Of a DNA stretch of 63,829 nucleotides, positions 37,629-46,776 are shown in pieces. Positions within the stretch are counted from its first letter, which is position 1. Each line of letters begins with the position of its first letter. The stretch is from Thermoplasmata archaeon (GTDB lineage: Archaea > Thermoplasmatota > Thermoplasmata > Thermoplasmatales > GCA-001856825), in assembly GCA_023256615.1 (NCBI GenBank), contig JAGDXO010000027.1, positions 1-63,829 of the forward strand. Reading direction: 5' to 3'. The notes under the pieces were generated by a model. It did no database searches and was not told where the DNA came from. It worked only from the letters and a program-made list of their open reading frames with translations. Both the position numbers and the translations under genes were made by a program.

Positions 37629-38633
37629 TCAATAGTAACCCTTGTAATAGATGTTGAACTGTTGAAGATGAACTCCTTCACCAGCAACAACTTTTCCTAT
37701 TATCTTGGGATTGAAATTTTTCATTTGGTCCAATATCTCTTCAGAATTTATTTTTGAACTTATGATGATATATCCATAACCCATATTGAACGTTTCAAAC
37801 ATTTCCTGGTAATTCAGATTTCCGTCATCCTTTATTTTCAGAAACAGTGGGCTGACCTTAAAATCATCGATCAAGAATTTTTTCTTCGATAGTCGGGTAA
37901 GATTTCTTAAACCTCCTCCAGTTATATGTGCAAGTCCATTTACTTCGATTTTTTGAGTTAATTCAAATATCTCCTTTGAGTAAATCTCGGTACCTTTCAT
38001 AAGTGCTTTCCAAAAAGGGGCGCCTTGAAAATCATCATAAAGAGATTCTGGCTTATCATCATATATTTTCCTCACTAGTGAAAAACCGTTTGAATGAACT
38101 CCGGAGCTCTCAAGACCTATTATTAAATCTCCCTCGCTGATTTTAGATCCATCTATTACTCTATTCTTTTTCAGGAAACCCATCACTGACCCTGAGATAT
38201 CAATACCTTTAACTATATCTGGAACTGAAGCAGTTTCACCCCCGATCAGTGCTATTCCAGCATCTTCGCAGGCATTGTTTATACTTTTTCCAATTCTTCC
38301 ACCTAATTCACTTGAAAAAATTGAACTAGCAATGTAGTCAACCATCGCAATGGGTTCAGCACCTACAGATACGATGTCATTTACATTCATTCCTACTAGG
38401 TCATAGCCGATTTCATCAAAATAATCAAATTTTAATGAATAAATTGTTTTTGTTCCCACTCCATCTGTATGCAGTGCTAGATACCCTTCTCCAAATTCCA
38501 CTAGTCCTGCATAATGGCCGATATTAGAAGCCATTTTGTATTTTTTGCCTTTAAACTTCAAGGCGGAAATCAAACTATCTCTGAACTTTCCAATAGATTC
38601 AAAATCTACCCCTGCATCCTTATAATTAGGCAC
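37629..38633 (-). CDS. purM: phosphoribosylformylglycinamidine cyclo-ligase (AIR synthase)
   Basis: YKDAGVD, LHTDGVGTKT and VNDIVSVGAEP motifs. Confidence 0.9.
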   Translation of the reverse strand: MPNYKDAGVDFESIGKFRDSLISALKFKGKKYKMASNIGHYAGLVEFGEGYLALHTDGVGTKTIYSLKFDYFDEIGYDLVGMNVNDIVSVGAEPIAMVDYIASSIFSSELGGRIGKSINNACEDAGIALIGGETASVPDIVKGIDISGSVMGFLKKNRVIDGSKISEGDLIIGLESSGVHSNGFSLVRKIYDDKPESLYDDFQGAPFWKALMKGTEIYSKEIFELTQKIEVNGLAHITGGGLRNLTRLSKKKFLIDDFKVSPLFLKIKDDGNLNYQEMFETFNMGYGYIIISSKINSEEILDQMKNFNPKIIGKVVAGEGVHLQQFNIYYKGYY

Positions 38634-38727
38634 AGAAGTGTATTGAATTCATGATTAATAAATATCTTCTTTCCAAAAAGGAAAGTTAACTGTCCAACCT
38701 TATTATAATAGATTTAATTAAGCTACC

Positions 38728-39660
38728 ATGAAATTCGTTTCAGAATTCCCTAAAAATTTTAGGGAATTATCCTCCTGGGAATTAAAAGGCCTCTTGGAGG
38801 CATACGGAGGTATTGTTTCAGGAGAAAATGAGGATTTATTATTTTTTGAGACAGATAGACCATTGGATATAGTGAGAAGAATTGCATTTTCCAAAAGGAT
38901 ATCGAGAATAATAGATCAACACGAATTCCCTATCAAATTGCAAGAAAATGGTAGCTATGCAATTAAGGAGATCAGAAGCGAAAATATGGTATCTTTGATT
39001 GAAGAGACGGCAAAGAGAATAATAGGAAAGGTAAATCTCAATAATCCCGACAGAAAATTCATAATATACAATAATGAAAATTTTAATTTAATTGGTGAAA
39101 TAATCTATGAGAGATCAATTTCCAATCTTATAGATCAGAAGTATAAAAGCAGGCCACTAAATCATCCATCAAGCATTTCTCCACTTCTTGCAAGGGGGAT
39201 GATCAATATCTCAGGAGTTAAAGAAGGCAAAATCATAGTGGACCCTTTTGCAGGTACAGGAACGATACTGATAGAGGCTGGAAGGATGGGAATTGAAGCG
39301 ATTGGTATAGATAAAAATAGTAAAATGGTTGAAGGAGGTAATAAAAATCTCGCTCATTTTTCAATTAAAGGAAAATTAATCCAGGGAGATTTCTCTCAAA
39401 TGAAGGATTTAAACAATATTTATGCTGTGATAACTGATCCCCCTTATGGACGCGGTAGCAAAATATTCTCTGAATCCAGGAAGACACTGTATAAAAACTT
39501 CTTTACATTACTTGCGGGAATGAAGGGAACTGTAGCAGTATTCTGCCTTCCAAGTGAAGACCTTTTGGATGAACTGAAAAACTACCAAAGTTTCATTGTA
39601 ATTCAAAGATTGAGGGTGCACTCCTCCCTTACAAGAATAGTAGTCAAAACATTGCCATGA
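38728..39660 (+). CDS. THUMP-domain tRNA (guanine(10)-N2)-methyltransferase (Trm11/Trm-G10 family)
   Basis: VDPFAGTGTILIEA SAM motif I and ITDPPYGRG motif IV. N-terminal THUMP-like half. Confidence 0.72.
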   Translation: MKFVSEFPKNFRELSSWELKGLLEAYGGIVSGENEDLLFFETDRPLDIVRRIAFSKRISRIIDQHEFPIKLQENGSYAIKEIRSENMVSLIEETAKRIIGKVNLNNPDRKFIIYNNENFNLIGEIIYERSISNLIDQKYKSRPLNHPSSISPLLARGMINISGVKEGKIIVDPFAGTGTILIEAGRMGIEAIGIDKNSKMVEGGNKNLAHFSIKGKLIQGDFSQMKDLNNIYAVITDPPYGRGSKIFSESRKTLYKNFFTLLAGMKGTVAVFCLPSEDLLDELKNYQSFIVIQRLRVHSSLTRIVVKTLP

Positions 39661-39754
39661 TACAGTAAATGCAGCTTTAAATTTGCAATAAGATCAATTG
39701 TTATTGAGGAATGATTGATATAAAAAAATAAATAAGATCAGGTCATCTCCCACC

Positions 39755-39988
39755 ATGGTAAAGCGTACATACCTAAGCATAATCTTTAATTCCGAAGGGG
39801 AGAGACCATCAGAGATTATATCAAGGCTTAGGTCATTGGGGTTCAGACCAGTCACTGGTACGAGGGATATGGTCTATGAATGGGGCAATCACGCATCAGT
39901 GGAGGACGCAATATTCCTAATTGACAAGGTTCATACAACCCTTAGTGGCTATAATGTCTTATTCACGGCTGAAACTATCGACGAGTAA
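39755..39988 (+). CDS. hypothetical small protein
   Basis: 77-aa ORF with its own upstream AT-rich region. No recognisable motif. Confidence 0.35.
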   Translation: MVKRTYLSIIFNSEGERPSEIISRLRSLGFRPVTGTRDMVYEWGNHASVEDAIFLIDKVHTTLSGYNVLFTAETIDE

Positions 39989-40274
39989 TCCTGAATCTTC
40001 TTACATATCCGCAGTTCCCACAGTGAACACTTATCATAGATTTTTTCAACCTTATGTGCCCTCCTGTTGAATAGATCCCTTTTTTACATTTTCGACAAAA
40101 CCATATTCTTGCTTCATCAGGTATCCCTACTTTGTATTTCTGCGAATATAAGAATATCAACTCAATTTTTCTGCTCGCACTATCAATTTCTTTTTCCTTC
40201 TCATCCAGAATTGTGAGTTCAAATAATTCCTTCATTCTTCTTTCAATTATTGCTTTTTCTTTGTTGCTTGCCAT
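39975..40274 (-). CDS. rnp4: RNase P protein component 4 (Rpp21/Rpr2)
   Basis: 99 aa. Helical N-terminus plus zinc ribbon FCRKCK...HCGNCG, typical of Rpr2/Rpp21. Confidence 0.75.
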   Translation of the reverse strand: MASNKEKAIIERRMKELFELTILDEKEKEIDSASRKIELIFLYSQKYKVGIPDEARIWFCRKCKKGIYSTGGHIRLKKSMISVHCGNCGYVRRFRITRR

Positions 40275-41478
40275 TGATAAAAACTCCTGACGGTCCAGAT
40301 ATTAATTCATCATCCTCCATAACTAATTGACCCCTGAGATAAACTTCATTTGGGAATATACCCTTAAATCCTTCAAATGGAGTCCATTTTGCCTTTGAAT
40401 GCATATTTTCTCCTGCGATTATCCTTTCCTTTTCAAAATCTACTGATATGAAATCTGCATCGTACCCCTGTGATATCATCCCTTTTTTTATTCCAATTCT
40501 TGACGCTGGATTAGAGGATATAAGAGAAATTGCTCTCTCCAGAGAAATGAATTTTATTTTAGCTAGAAAGAGTATCAAAGGAACTCTAGTTTCAACACCT
40601 GGCATTCCAGAGGGTGAATTTTCAAACTCCTTCTTTTCATCAATTGAGTGGGGTGCGTGATCGGATGAAATCATATGAAGCTCCTTTAAATTGAGTGCCC
40701 TCATCAGCTCCTCCTGAATAACCTTCTTCCTCAATGGTGGATTTACTTTACCCAGCGGTCCTATATCCATTTCATTATTGAGGAGAATGTGGTGAGGTGT
40801 TACCTCCGTTGAGAATCCAAAACTATTCGATAAAATCAATGCTCTGAGGGTTGTGATGTGAGCTATGTGTATATTTTTAAGCCCACTCTTAAACATCTCT
40901 TCAATAGCTGCATATTCACATTCCACAGGTCTTACCTTGTCGTGATCCTTTAAATTCATATCTTTACCGCTATTCATATCAAGGCATTTCTGCAGTTCAG
41001 CGTGTACCACCTTAATTTTATCTGAAAATAATGATTTCTTTAAATCTGTTAGTAGGCCACCAGTTGATTTTCCAAGGAATATTTTCTCACCTATCGCATC
41101 CTCAATTATTTCATCTGATCCTGCCTGATATAAAGAAAAATCCACATAACTTTTTCCAGATATTGACCTAATTTTCTCCTTAAAATCATTTTGATTCAGA
41201 ATCGGTCTCTTGTTGTTTGGCATATCTGCCACAAAAGTTGTTCCTCCAAAAATGGAAGATATTGATCCTGAATTAAAATCCTCCTTGTATTCTTCCCCGG
41301 GGTCCCTGAAATGAACATGAATGTCAACTCCGGCAGGCAATATTTTACCATTTATTCTATATATTTCAGTTTCACTTGTTTCTGTCCTGATTGAGACGAT
41401 TTTTCCTTCTTCAACCTCTATGTATCTATCCTTGAATTCGGAATCTATGAAAAAATTACCATGATATACTATACTCAA
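40243..41478 (-). CDS. pyrC: dihydroorotase
   Basis: AGVDIHVHFRDPG metal-binding motif, SSDHAPH, and amidohydrolase length. Confidence 0.8.
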   Translation of the reverse strand: MSIVYHGNFFIDSEFKDRYIEVEEGKIVSIRTETSETEIYRINGKILPAGVDIHVHFRDPGEEYKEDFNSGSISSIFGGTTFVADMPNNKRPILNQNDFKEKIRSISGKSYVDFSLYQAGSDEIIEDAIGEKIFLGKSTGGLLTDLKKSLFSDKIKVVHAELQKCLDMNSGKDMNLKDHDKVRPVECEYAAIEEMFKSGLKNIHIAHITTLRALILSNSFGFSTEVTPHHILLNNEMDIGPLGKVNPPLRKKVIQEELMRALNLKELHMISSDHAPHSIDEKKEFENSPSGMPGVETRVPLILFLAKIKFISLERAISLISSNPASRIGIKKGMISQGYDADFISVDFEKERIIAGENMHSKAKWTPFEGFKGIFPNEVYLRGQLVMEDDELISGPSGVFINGKQQRKSNN

Positions 41479-42092
41479 TCCTTACCATTCTCCAGCATTT
41501 TCCTGAAAACTGGACCGTGAGGTTCAACCTCATAAAATATTTCAGCGCTGAACGTTTCTATTCTCGTATCTTCATCTTTCCAGCAACCTGGCTCCATTCC
41601 AGCCTTCCAGCATACTGCATCCAGGAATTTTTTTGAATCCATATTTTCTTCAACGGCTACCTGAGGCAACAGAAGACCAGAATACCCGTCTCTTGTTGCT
41701 ATTAGACCATGCTTGCCAATTTCTATTTTAGAGGGAAGTTCATTCCTTTTATTGACCTTTACAATTTCAGGTTTTGTCAGCAGGGAAACCTCAACGATGA
41801 GGTCATCAACCTCATTTTTCTCTACAGGCGGGAATCTTGGATCATTAACTGCTGCTGCTATAGCACTTCTTATTACTGCTTCACCAAGTGGATAGACTGG
41901 CTCAGGAAAGCCAATACACCCCCTGAGTTCACCATTCTTGGTCAGAGTTGTGAAGACACCTCTCTTCTCAACAAACTTACCACCATAGCTGTTCTTGACA
42001 ATCAGCTTTATATCTATATATTCCTCTATTGCTCTTCTGGCCAATTTTACAGCAATCTCCCCTTCTTCATCAGAATAATCATAGGTATTCAT
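41475..42092 (-). CDS. AMMECR1-domain protein
   Basis: GELRGCIGFPEP signature and LLPQVAVE motif. Confidence 0.85.
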   Translation of the reverse strand: MNTYDYSDEEGEIAVKLARRAIEEYIDIKLIVKNSYGGKFVEKRGVFTTLTKNGELRGCIGFPEPVYPLGEAVIRSAIAAAVNDPRFPPVEKNEVDDLIVEVSLLTKPEIVKVNKRNELPSKIEIGKHGLIATRDGYSGLLLPQVAVEENMDSKKFLDAVCWKAGMEPGCWKDEDTRIETFSAEIFYEVEPHGPVFRKMLENGKD

Positions 42093-42721
42093 ACTCCCCT
42101 CCTATCCCCCCATATTATCTTATGAAGTTGAGGCAAAACCCTAACATTAAGTTTTTCTTTAAGTACCTTTTCTGCAAGCCATTTAAGATCCATACCTCCA
42201 ACAGGTTGGAAAATTATTTCTCCATCAAATTCATATTTTTTCATTATTTCCTTAGAAAATTCGAAATCCTTTTCATCAGCAATAACAAATTTTAGATAGT
42301 CTTTCATTCCAAGCATCTCAATGTTATTGTATAAATTATATTCAACCATCTTCGACGACGGTGTCTTAATGTCCATTGCTATAATTAGATCGTCTTCTGT
42401 TGGGACATCCTCGATTGAAATAGATCCACTCGTTTCAAGTATAATTCTCCTCTCATTTTCCAGAAGCTTATACATAAGTTTGTATACATCCTTCTGGAGC
42501 AGGGGTTCTCCACCTGTAATGCAGACGTATTTAGTTTCATATCCCATTGTTTCATCAATCAAACTTTCCACAGTTCTCTGTTCTCCACCCGAATAAGAGT
42601 ATTTTGTATCACACCATTCGCATCTCAGATTGCATCCTGTCAGCCTGATAAAGAATGTTGGAATACCGATGTACGGGCCTTCTCCTTCAAGGGAATAAAA
42701 AGTCTCATTCACTGTGAGCAT
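42089..42721 (-). CDS. queE: radical SAM protein, 7-carboxy-7-deazaguanine synthase (QueE)-like
   Basis: FIRLTGCNLRCEWCDTKYS (CxxxCxxC), TGGEPLLQ. About 210 aa, typical of compact QueE. Confidence 0.7.
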   Translation of the reverse strand: MLTVNETFYSLEGEGPYIGIPTFFIRLTGCNLRCEWCDTKYSYSGGEQRTVESLIDETMGYETKYVCITGGEPLLQKDVYKLMYKLLENERRIILETSGSISIEDVPTEDDLIIAMDIKTPSSKMVEYNLYNNIEMLGMKDYLKFVIADEKDFEFSKEIMKKYEFDGEIIFQPVGGMDLKWLAEKVLKEKLNVRVLPQLHKIIWGDRRGV

Positions 42722-42746
42722 TCAATACGTAATAAAAAAATAGGAA

Positions 42747-43376
42747 TTAAGTTTTATTATCAGCCTTTGAAAGTGTAATCTCACAATCAAACTTTTCCTT
42801 ACTTACCGTATCTTTCTTTGTAATCTTATATGATGGGAATATAGAATGTATTATGCTATCTTCAAAAGAGCTGCACAAAAGATTCTCATTTTCAAGAGCT
42901 AAATTGTAGTAAATGCAGTTCTTTCTTTTGATGACTATATTACCATCCTTTTCAACGGCAGATGCCATGCATCCCAGTCCATTATAAAAATTAACAAGAG
43001 ATTCAAGATTCCTCTCCTGACCTGTGGAATTTTTGACAATTCTTTCTCCTGCCCTCTTCAAGAAGTCCCTTACCCATTCTTTTCCCTGTTCATAAGTCAG
43101 TTCGTCCAGCAGTATCCTCAGCAGAAGGTCATACTTTTTTGGGAAAAGTTCCATCCCCTTCCTAGTAATGAAATAATATTTCTTTGGCCTTCCTACTCCG
43201 GATTTCGTAAACTTGTAAGAGATATAACCCATATTTTCTAGATTATCAAGATGTTCCCTTATGGCATTATTCTGTATATTTAATCTTCCTGAGAGGTCGT
43301 TGATTGTGAGTGAGCCATCCATGAGCTCCTCAAGAATCCTTTTTTTACTGTTTCCAAGGTTGAGTATTTCCTCCAT
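42747..43376 (-). CDS. ArsR-type wHTH regulator with a Cys-containing C-terminal domain (candidate suf operon regulator)
   Basis: KRILEELMDGSLTINDLSGRLNIQNNAIREHLDNLENMGYI...GRPKKYY wHTH. C-terminal domain has four Cys. Divergent from sufC. Confidence 0.6.
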   Translation of the reverse strand: MEEILNLGNSKKRILEELMDGSLTINDLSGRLNIQNNAIREHLDNLENMGYISYKFTKSGVGRPKKYYFITRKGMELFPKKYDLLLRILLDELTYEQGKEWVRDFLKRAGERIVKNSTGQERNLESLVNFYNGLGCMASAVEKDGNIVIKRKNCIYYNLALENENLLCSSFEDSIIHSIFPSYKITKKDTVSKEKFDCEITLSKADNKT

Positions 43377-43416
43377 ATTAGATAAGTAAGGGAAAGAACA
43401 TATTTATATTTTATCA

Positions 43417-43442
43417 ATTTAAACAGTAAAAAATGTTTAAAT
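43417..43442. promoter_or_regulatory. perfect 9-bp inverted repeat ATTTAAACA-N8-TGTTTAAAT between the regulator and sufC
   Basis: Arms 43417-43425 and 43434-43442 are exact reverse complements. 17 nt upstream of the sufC ATG. Confidence 0.45.
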
Positions 43443-43458
43443 ACGATGTATAGATAGC

Positions 43459-44229
43459 ATGGCAATGGCAGAAAATTATCTTGATATCAAAAATCTGAAT
43501 GTGGAAATTAATGGGAAGGAAATTCTGAAGGATGTATCAATCAGAGTTAAGTCGGGTGAGATTCATGCTCTTATGGGCCCAAATGGTACGGGGAAAAGTA
43601 CCCTTGCCCATTCTGTTATGGGGAATCCAAAGTATAAAATAAAGGGAGGAGAGATAATTTTGAACGGAAAGAAGATGAATGATCTGCAGATACATGAAAG
43701 GGCGAGAGAAGGAATTTTCCTTGCATTTCAGGAACCTGTTTCAGTTCAGGGCCTGAGATTTATTAATTATCTCAGAACTGCCTATACTTCGTTGCATCCT
43801 CAAGAAAAACTTGAATACAAAAAATTTCTGGATGAAGTTAAGGAGCTTTTGAATTTTTTCGGTCTTGACAATTCATTTATTGATAGGGGTCTGAATGATG
43901 GCCTCTCCGGTGGAGAAAAGAAGAGGATGGAAGCATTGCAGATGCTTATCCTTAAGCCTAAATTTATAATTCTTGATGAGATCGATTCAGGTCTGGATGT
44001 TGATGCTCTCAGGATAGTTTCAAAGGCTATTCAGAAAGCTAAGGAAAATGGAGCTGGAATAATTATAATTACACACTATCAGAGAATCCTTGATTATATT
44101 AAGCCTGACTTTGTTCACGTGCTGATTGACGGAAAGATAGCTGAGAGCGGAAACGGAGAACTGGCGAAAATAATTGAAGAGAGGGGCTATGAGTATTATA
44201 AAGGTGAGATAAATGCAAAAATTGAATGA
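43459..44229 (+). CDS. sufC: Fe-S cluster assembly ATPase SufC
   Basis: GPNGTGKST Walker A, LSGGEKKR signature, ILDEIDSGLD Walker B. Confidence 0.92.
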   Translation: MAMAENYLDIKNLNVEINGKEILKDVSIRVKSGEIHALMGPNGTGKSTLAHSVMGNPKYKIKGGEIILNGKKMNDLQIHERAREGIFLAFQEPVSVQGLRFINYLRTAYTSLHPQEKLEYKKFLDEVKELLNFFGLDNSFIDRGLNDGLSGGEKKRMEALQMLILKPKFIILDEIDSGLDVDALRIVSKAIQKAKENGAGIIIITHYQRILDYIKPDFVHVLIDGKIAESGNGELAKIIEERGYEYYKGEINAKIE

Positions 44230-45622
44230 TATTGAGGATATAAACAAAGAGAAATATGATTTCGTGACAAAAATAAAGCCTGCATATCAGACAGGCAAAG
44301 GTATAGACCGAGAGTTGATCGAGGAGATTTCAAGGGTAAAAAAGGAACCGGAATGGATGAAAAATATAAGGCTAAAGGCTCTTGAAGTTTTCCTGTCAAA
44401 ACCCATACCAAAATGGGGCCCAGATATTTCAGAAATAAATTTTGACGAGATAACCTATTACATAAAACCAGAGGACAGGAAGGCCAATGACTGGAACGAG
44501 GTGCCGGACGAGATAAAGAATACGTTCGAGAAACTGGGTGTTCCAGAAATGGAGCGAAAATATCTGGCTGGTTCAGTAGCCCAGCTGGAATCAGAAGGCG
44601 TTTACTCAAAGATAAAGAAACAATGGGCAGATAAAGGTGTCGTGTTCATGGATATGGATTCCGCTCTTCAGCAATACCCTGAAATTATAAAGGAGCACTT
44701 CGGCAAAATAGTACCACCAAGTGATAATAAATTTGCTGCATTGAATACTGCAGTCTGGTCAGGAGGTTCATTTCTATACATACCCAAAGGGGTGAAGATG
44801 GAACTTCCGGTTCAAGCTTACTTCAGGATGAACGGAGAAATGGAAGGTCAATTTGAAAGGACATTAATAATTGCAGAGGAAGGTGCAAGTGTTCATTATA
44901 TAGAAGGATGCACAGCACCAACTTACAGTAAGTATTCACTGCATGCAGCTGTTGTGGAAGTTTATGCAAAGAAAGATTCAAAAGTCAGGTATACCTCAGT
45001 TCAGAACTGGTCTGACAACATTATAAATCTGCCAACAAAGAGGGCGTGGGTAGAGGAGAATGCGAAAATGGAATGGGTCCAGGGAAGTCTCGGTTCCAAA
45101 ATAACAATGACTTACCCTTCATCTATTCTGAGGGGAGAATGGGCATCTACATCCAATCTGAATGTGGCTCTTGCGACAGGGAATGTATGGAAAGATAATG
45201 GTGCCAAGGTAGTTCACGCTGCCCCCAATACAAGTTCAAAGGTTGTTGCAAAGAGTATTTCAGGTCAGGGAGGGATGTCTGTATACAGAGGTTTGCTCAG
45301 GATTAACAAAGGCGCATACAATTCAAAAGCTTCAGTCCAGTGCGATGCACTCATTCTTGATGATCATTCCAAGAGCAATACATATCCTCATAATGAAATA
45401 CTTGATGAGAGTGCATCTTTTTCACATGAAGCCTCAGTGGGAAAAATTTCCGAGGAGCAGGTAAATTACCTGATGAGCAGGGGAATTAGGGAAGAAGATG
45501 CCAGATCCCTTATAGTTTTAGGATTTCTCGATGATGTGCTAAAGGAAATACCATTGGAATACTCACTCGAATTCAATAAATTGATAAAACTTGAAATGAG
45601 TAAAATGGGTGCAGTGGGATGA
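44213..45622 (+). CDS. sufB: Fe-S cluster assembly scaffold SufB
   Basis: 469 aa. GVVFMDMDSALQ, HYIEGCTAP and SHEASVGKI motifs. Confidence 0.92.
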   Translation: MQKLNDIEDINKEKYDFVTKIKPAYQTGKGIDRELIEEISRVKKEPEWMKNIRLKALEVFLSKPIPKWGPDISEINFDEITYYIKPEDRKANDWNEVPDEIKNTFEKLGVPEMERKYLAGSVAQLESEGVYSKIKKQWADKGVVFMDMDSALQQYPEIIKEHFGKIVPPSDNKFAALNTAVWSGGSFLYIPKGVKMELPVQAYFRMNGEMEGQFERTLIIAEEGASVHYIEGCTAPTYSKYSLHAAVVEVYAKKDSKVRYTSVQNWSDNIINLPTKRAWVEENAKMEWVQGSLGSKITMTYPSSILRGEWASTSNLNVALATGNVWKDNGAKVVHAAPNTSSKVVAKSISGQGGMSVYRGLLRINKGAYNSKASVQCDALILDDHSKSNTYPHNEILDESASFSHEASVGKISEEQVNYLMSRGIREEDARSLIVLGFLDDVLKEIPLEYSLEFNKLIKLEMSKMGAVG

Positions 45623-46776
45623 GCTTCAGCGAAGAGTTGAAAAATAGAAAGATAATAGCAGATAAGCTACCTGCAGAAGGAGAACCCGACTCTCCATCAA
45701 TGAAATATTATACTACTCTGAAGAATGAAGAAATAGATCCTCTGATGCATACCAAGAAAACAGGATGTGCAGGTATGCAATTGAACATAACTACACACAA
45801 TGGTTCACCCTGCAGATATCTGTCGAAGGGGAAAATAAAATTCAAGTCGGTTGAAGAAGCGATAAGGAATGAGGAAATTCAGGAGAAAGAAATATTTACC
45901 GAGATATATGATAAGATGAGCGCCATAAATCAGGGGTATTTTACTGATGGAGCATTCATAGGAATACCAGCTAATTATGAAGATGAAAATATGATTTCTA
46001 TTCTTAATACTGGCGATTCTGATTTCAATTCTAGAAATATATACAGGATAGGTGCTGAATCCTCAGTAAAAATACTTGAAAATTTTATAATAACAGGGGA
46101 ATCGAACATCTCACATGGAACTGTAATCAGAATGGGCGAGAATTCATCCTTGGATTACTATTTCCTGGAAGATGTAAAAAACTCAAAGGTTAGTTACGTG
46201 GAAAGAACATTCATAATGCCCAGGTATTCGAGATTGAGGATACATCATCTCAGCATTCCGGGCTCTAAGAACATAACCAGATTCAGAGTAATCCAGGAGG
46301 GAGAGTTCGCGGAATCTTATTATTATGGTGCTACTCTTGGCAAAAGAAATGAGCATCAGGACCTGGAAGTTTATACCCATCACCTGGCTCCTCATGGAAA
46401 CAATGATACATCCTTTAAGGGAATACTTGGTGGCGATTCATCTATAATTTTCAGGGGGTTTATCAAGATAGAAGAGAAGGCATTAAATACGGACTCATTT
46501 TTGCTGGCTAACCTGCTTCTACTCTCAAAAGAAGCAAGGGGTAATGCCTTACCAGTTCTTGAGATATATAATGGTGAAGTTAAGGCAAAACATGGAGAGA
46601 CTGTATCCAATATTTCAGAGGATGAACTTCTTTATCTGGAGAGCAGAGGATTGGAGCCAAAAAAGGCTAAAAAACTAATAATTGAGGGATTTGTGAATCC
46701 AATAATAAGCCCGTTACCTCCTGAAATAGCTGAGAGATATCTAGATATTGTTGAAGATGTGGTAGACAATGCTTGA
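45619..46776 (+). CDS. sufD: Fe-S cluster assembly protein SufD
   Basis: SufB/D-family C-terminal beta-helix motifs (VKAKHGETVSNISEDELLYLESRG). Position after sufB. Confidence 0.82.
   Translation: MSFSEELKNRKIIADKLPAEGEPDSPSMKYYTTLKNEEIDPLMHTKKTGCAGMQLNITTHNGSPCRYLSKGKIKFKSVEEAIRNEEIQEKEIFTEIYDKMSAINQGYFTDGAFIGIPANYEDENMISILNTGDSDFNSRNIYRIGAESSVKILENFIITGESNISHGTVIRMGENSSLDYYFLEDVKNSKVSYVERTFIMPRYSRLRIHHLSIPGSKNITRFRVIQEGEFAESYYYGATLGKRNEHQDLEVYTHHLAPHGNNDTSFKGILGGDSSIIFRGFIKIEEKALNTDSFLLANLLLLSKEARGNALPVLEIYNGEVKAKHGETVSNISEDELLYLESRGLEPKKAKKLIIEGFVNPIISPLPPEIAERYLDIVEDVVDNA

Noticed and set aside
44196-44609. 137-aa minus-strand ORF inside sufB (and the similar antisense or alternative-frame ORFs at 3457-3855, 32091-32483, 41709-42125 and 52076-52435)
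   Set aside because: All lie within well-supported genes on the other strand or frame. They lack motifs and have skewed compositions expected of antisense frames in AT-rich DNA.
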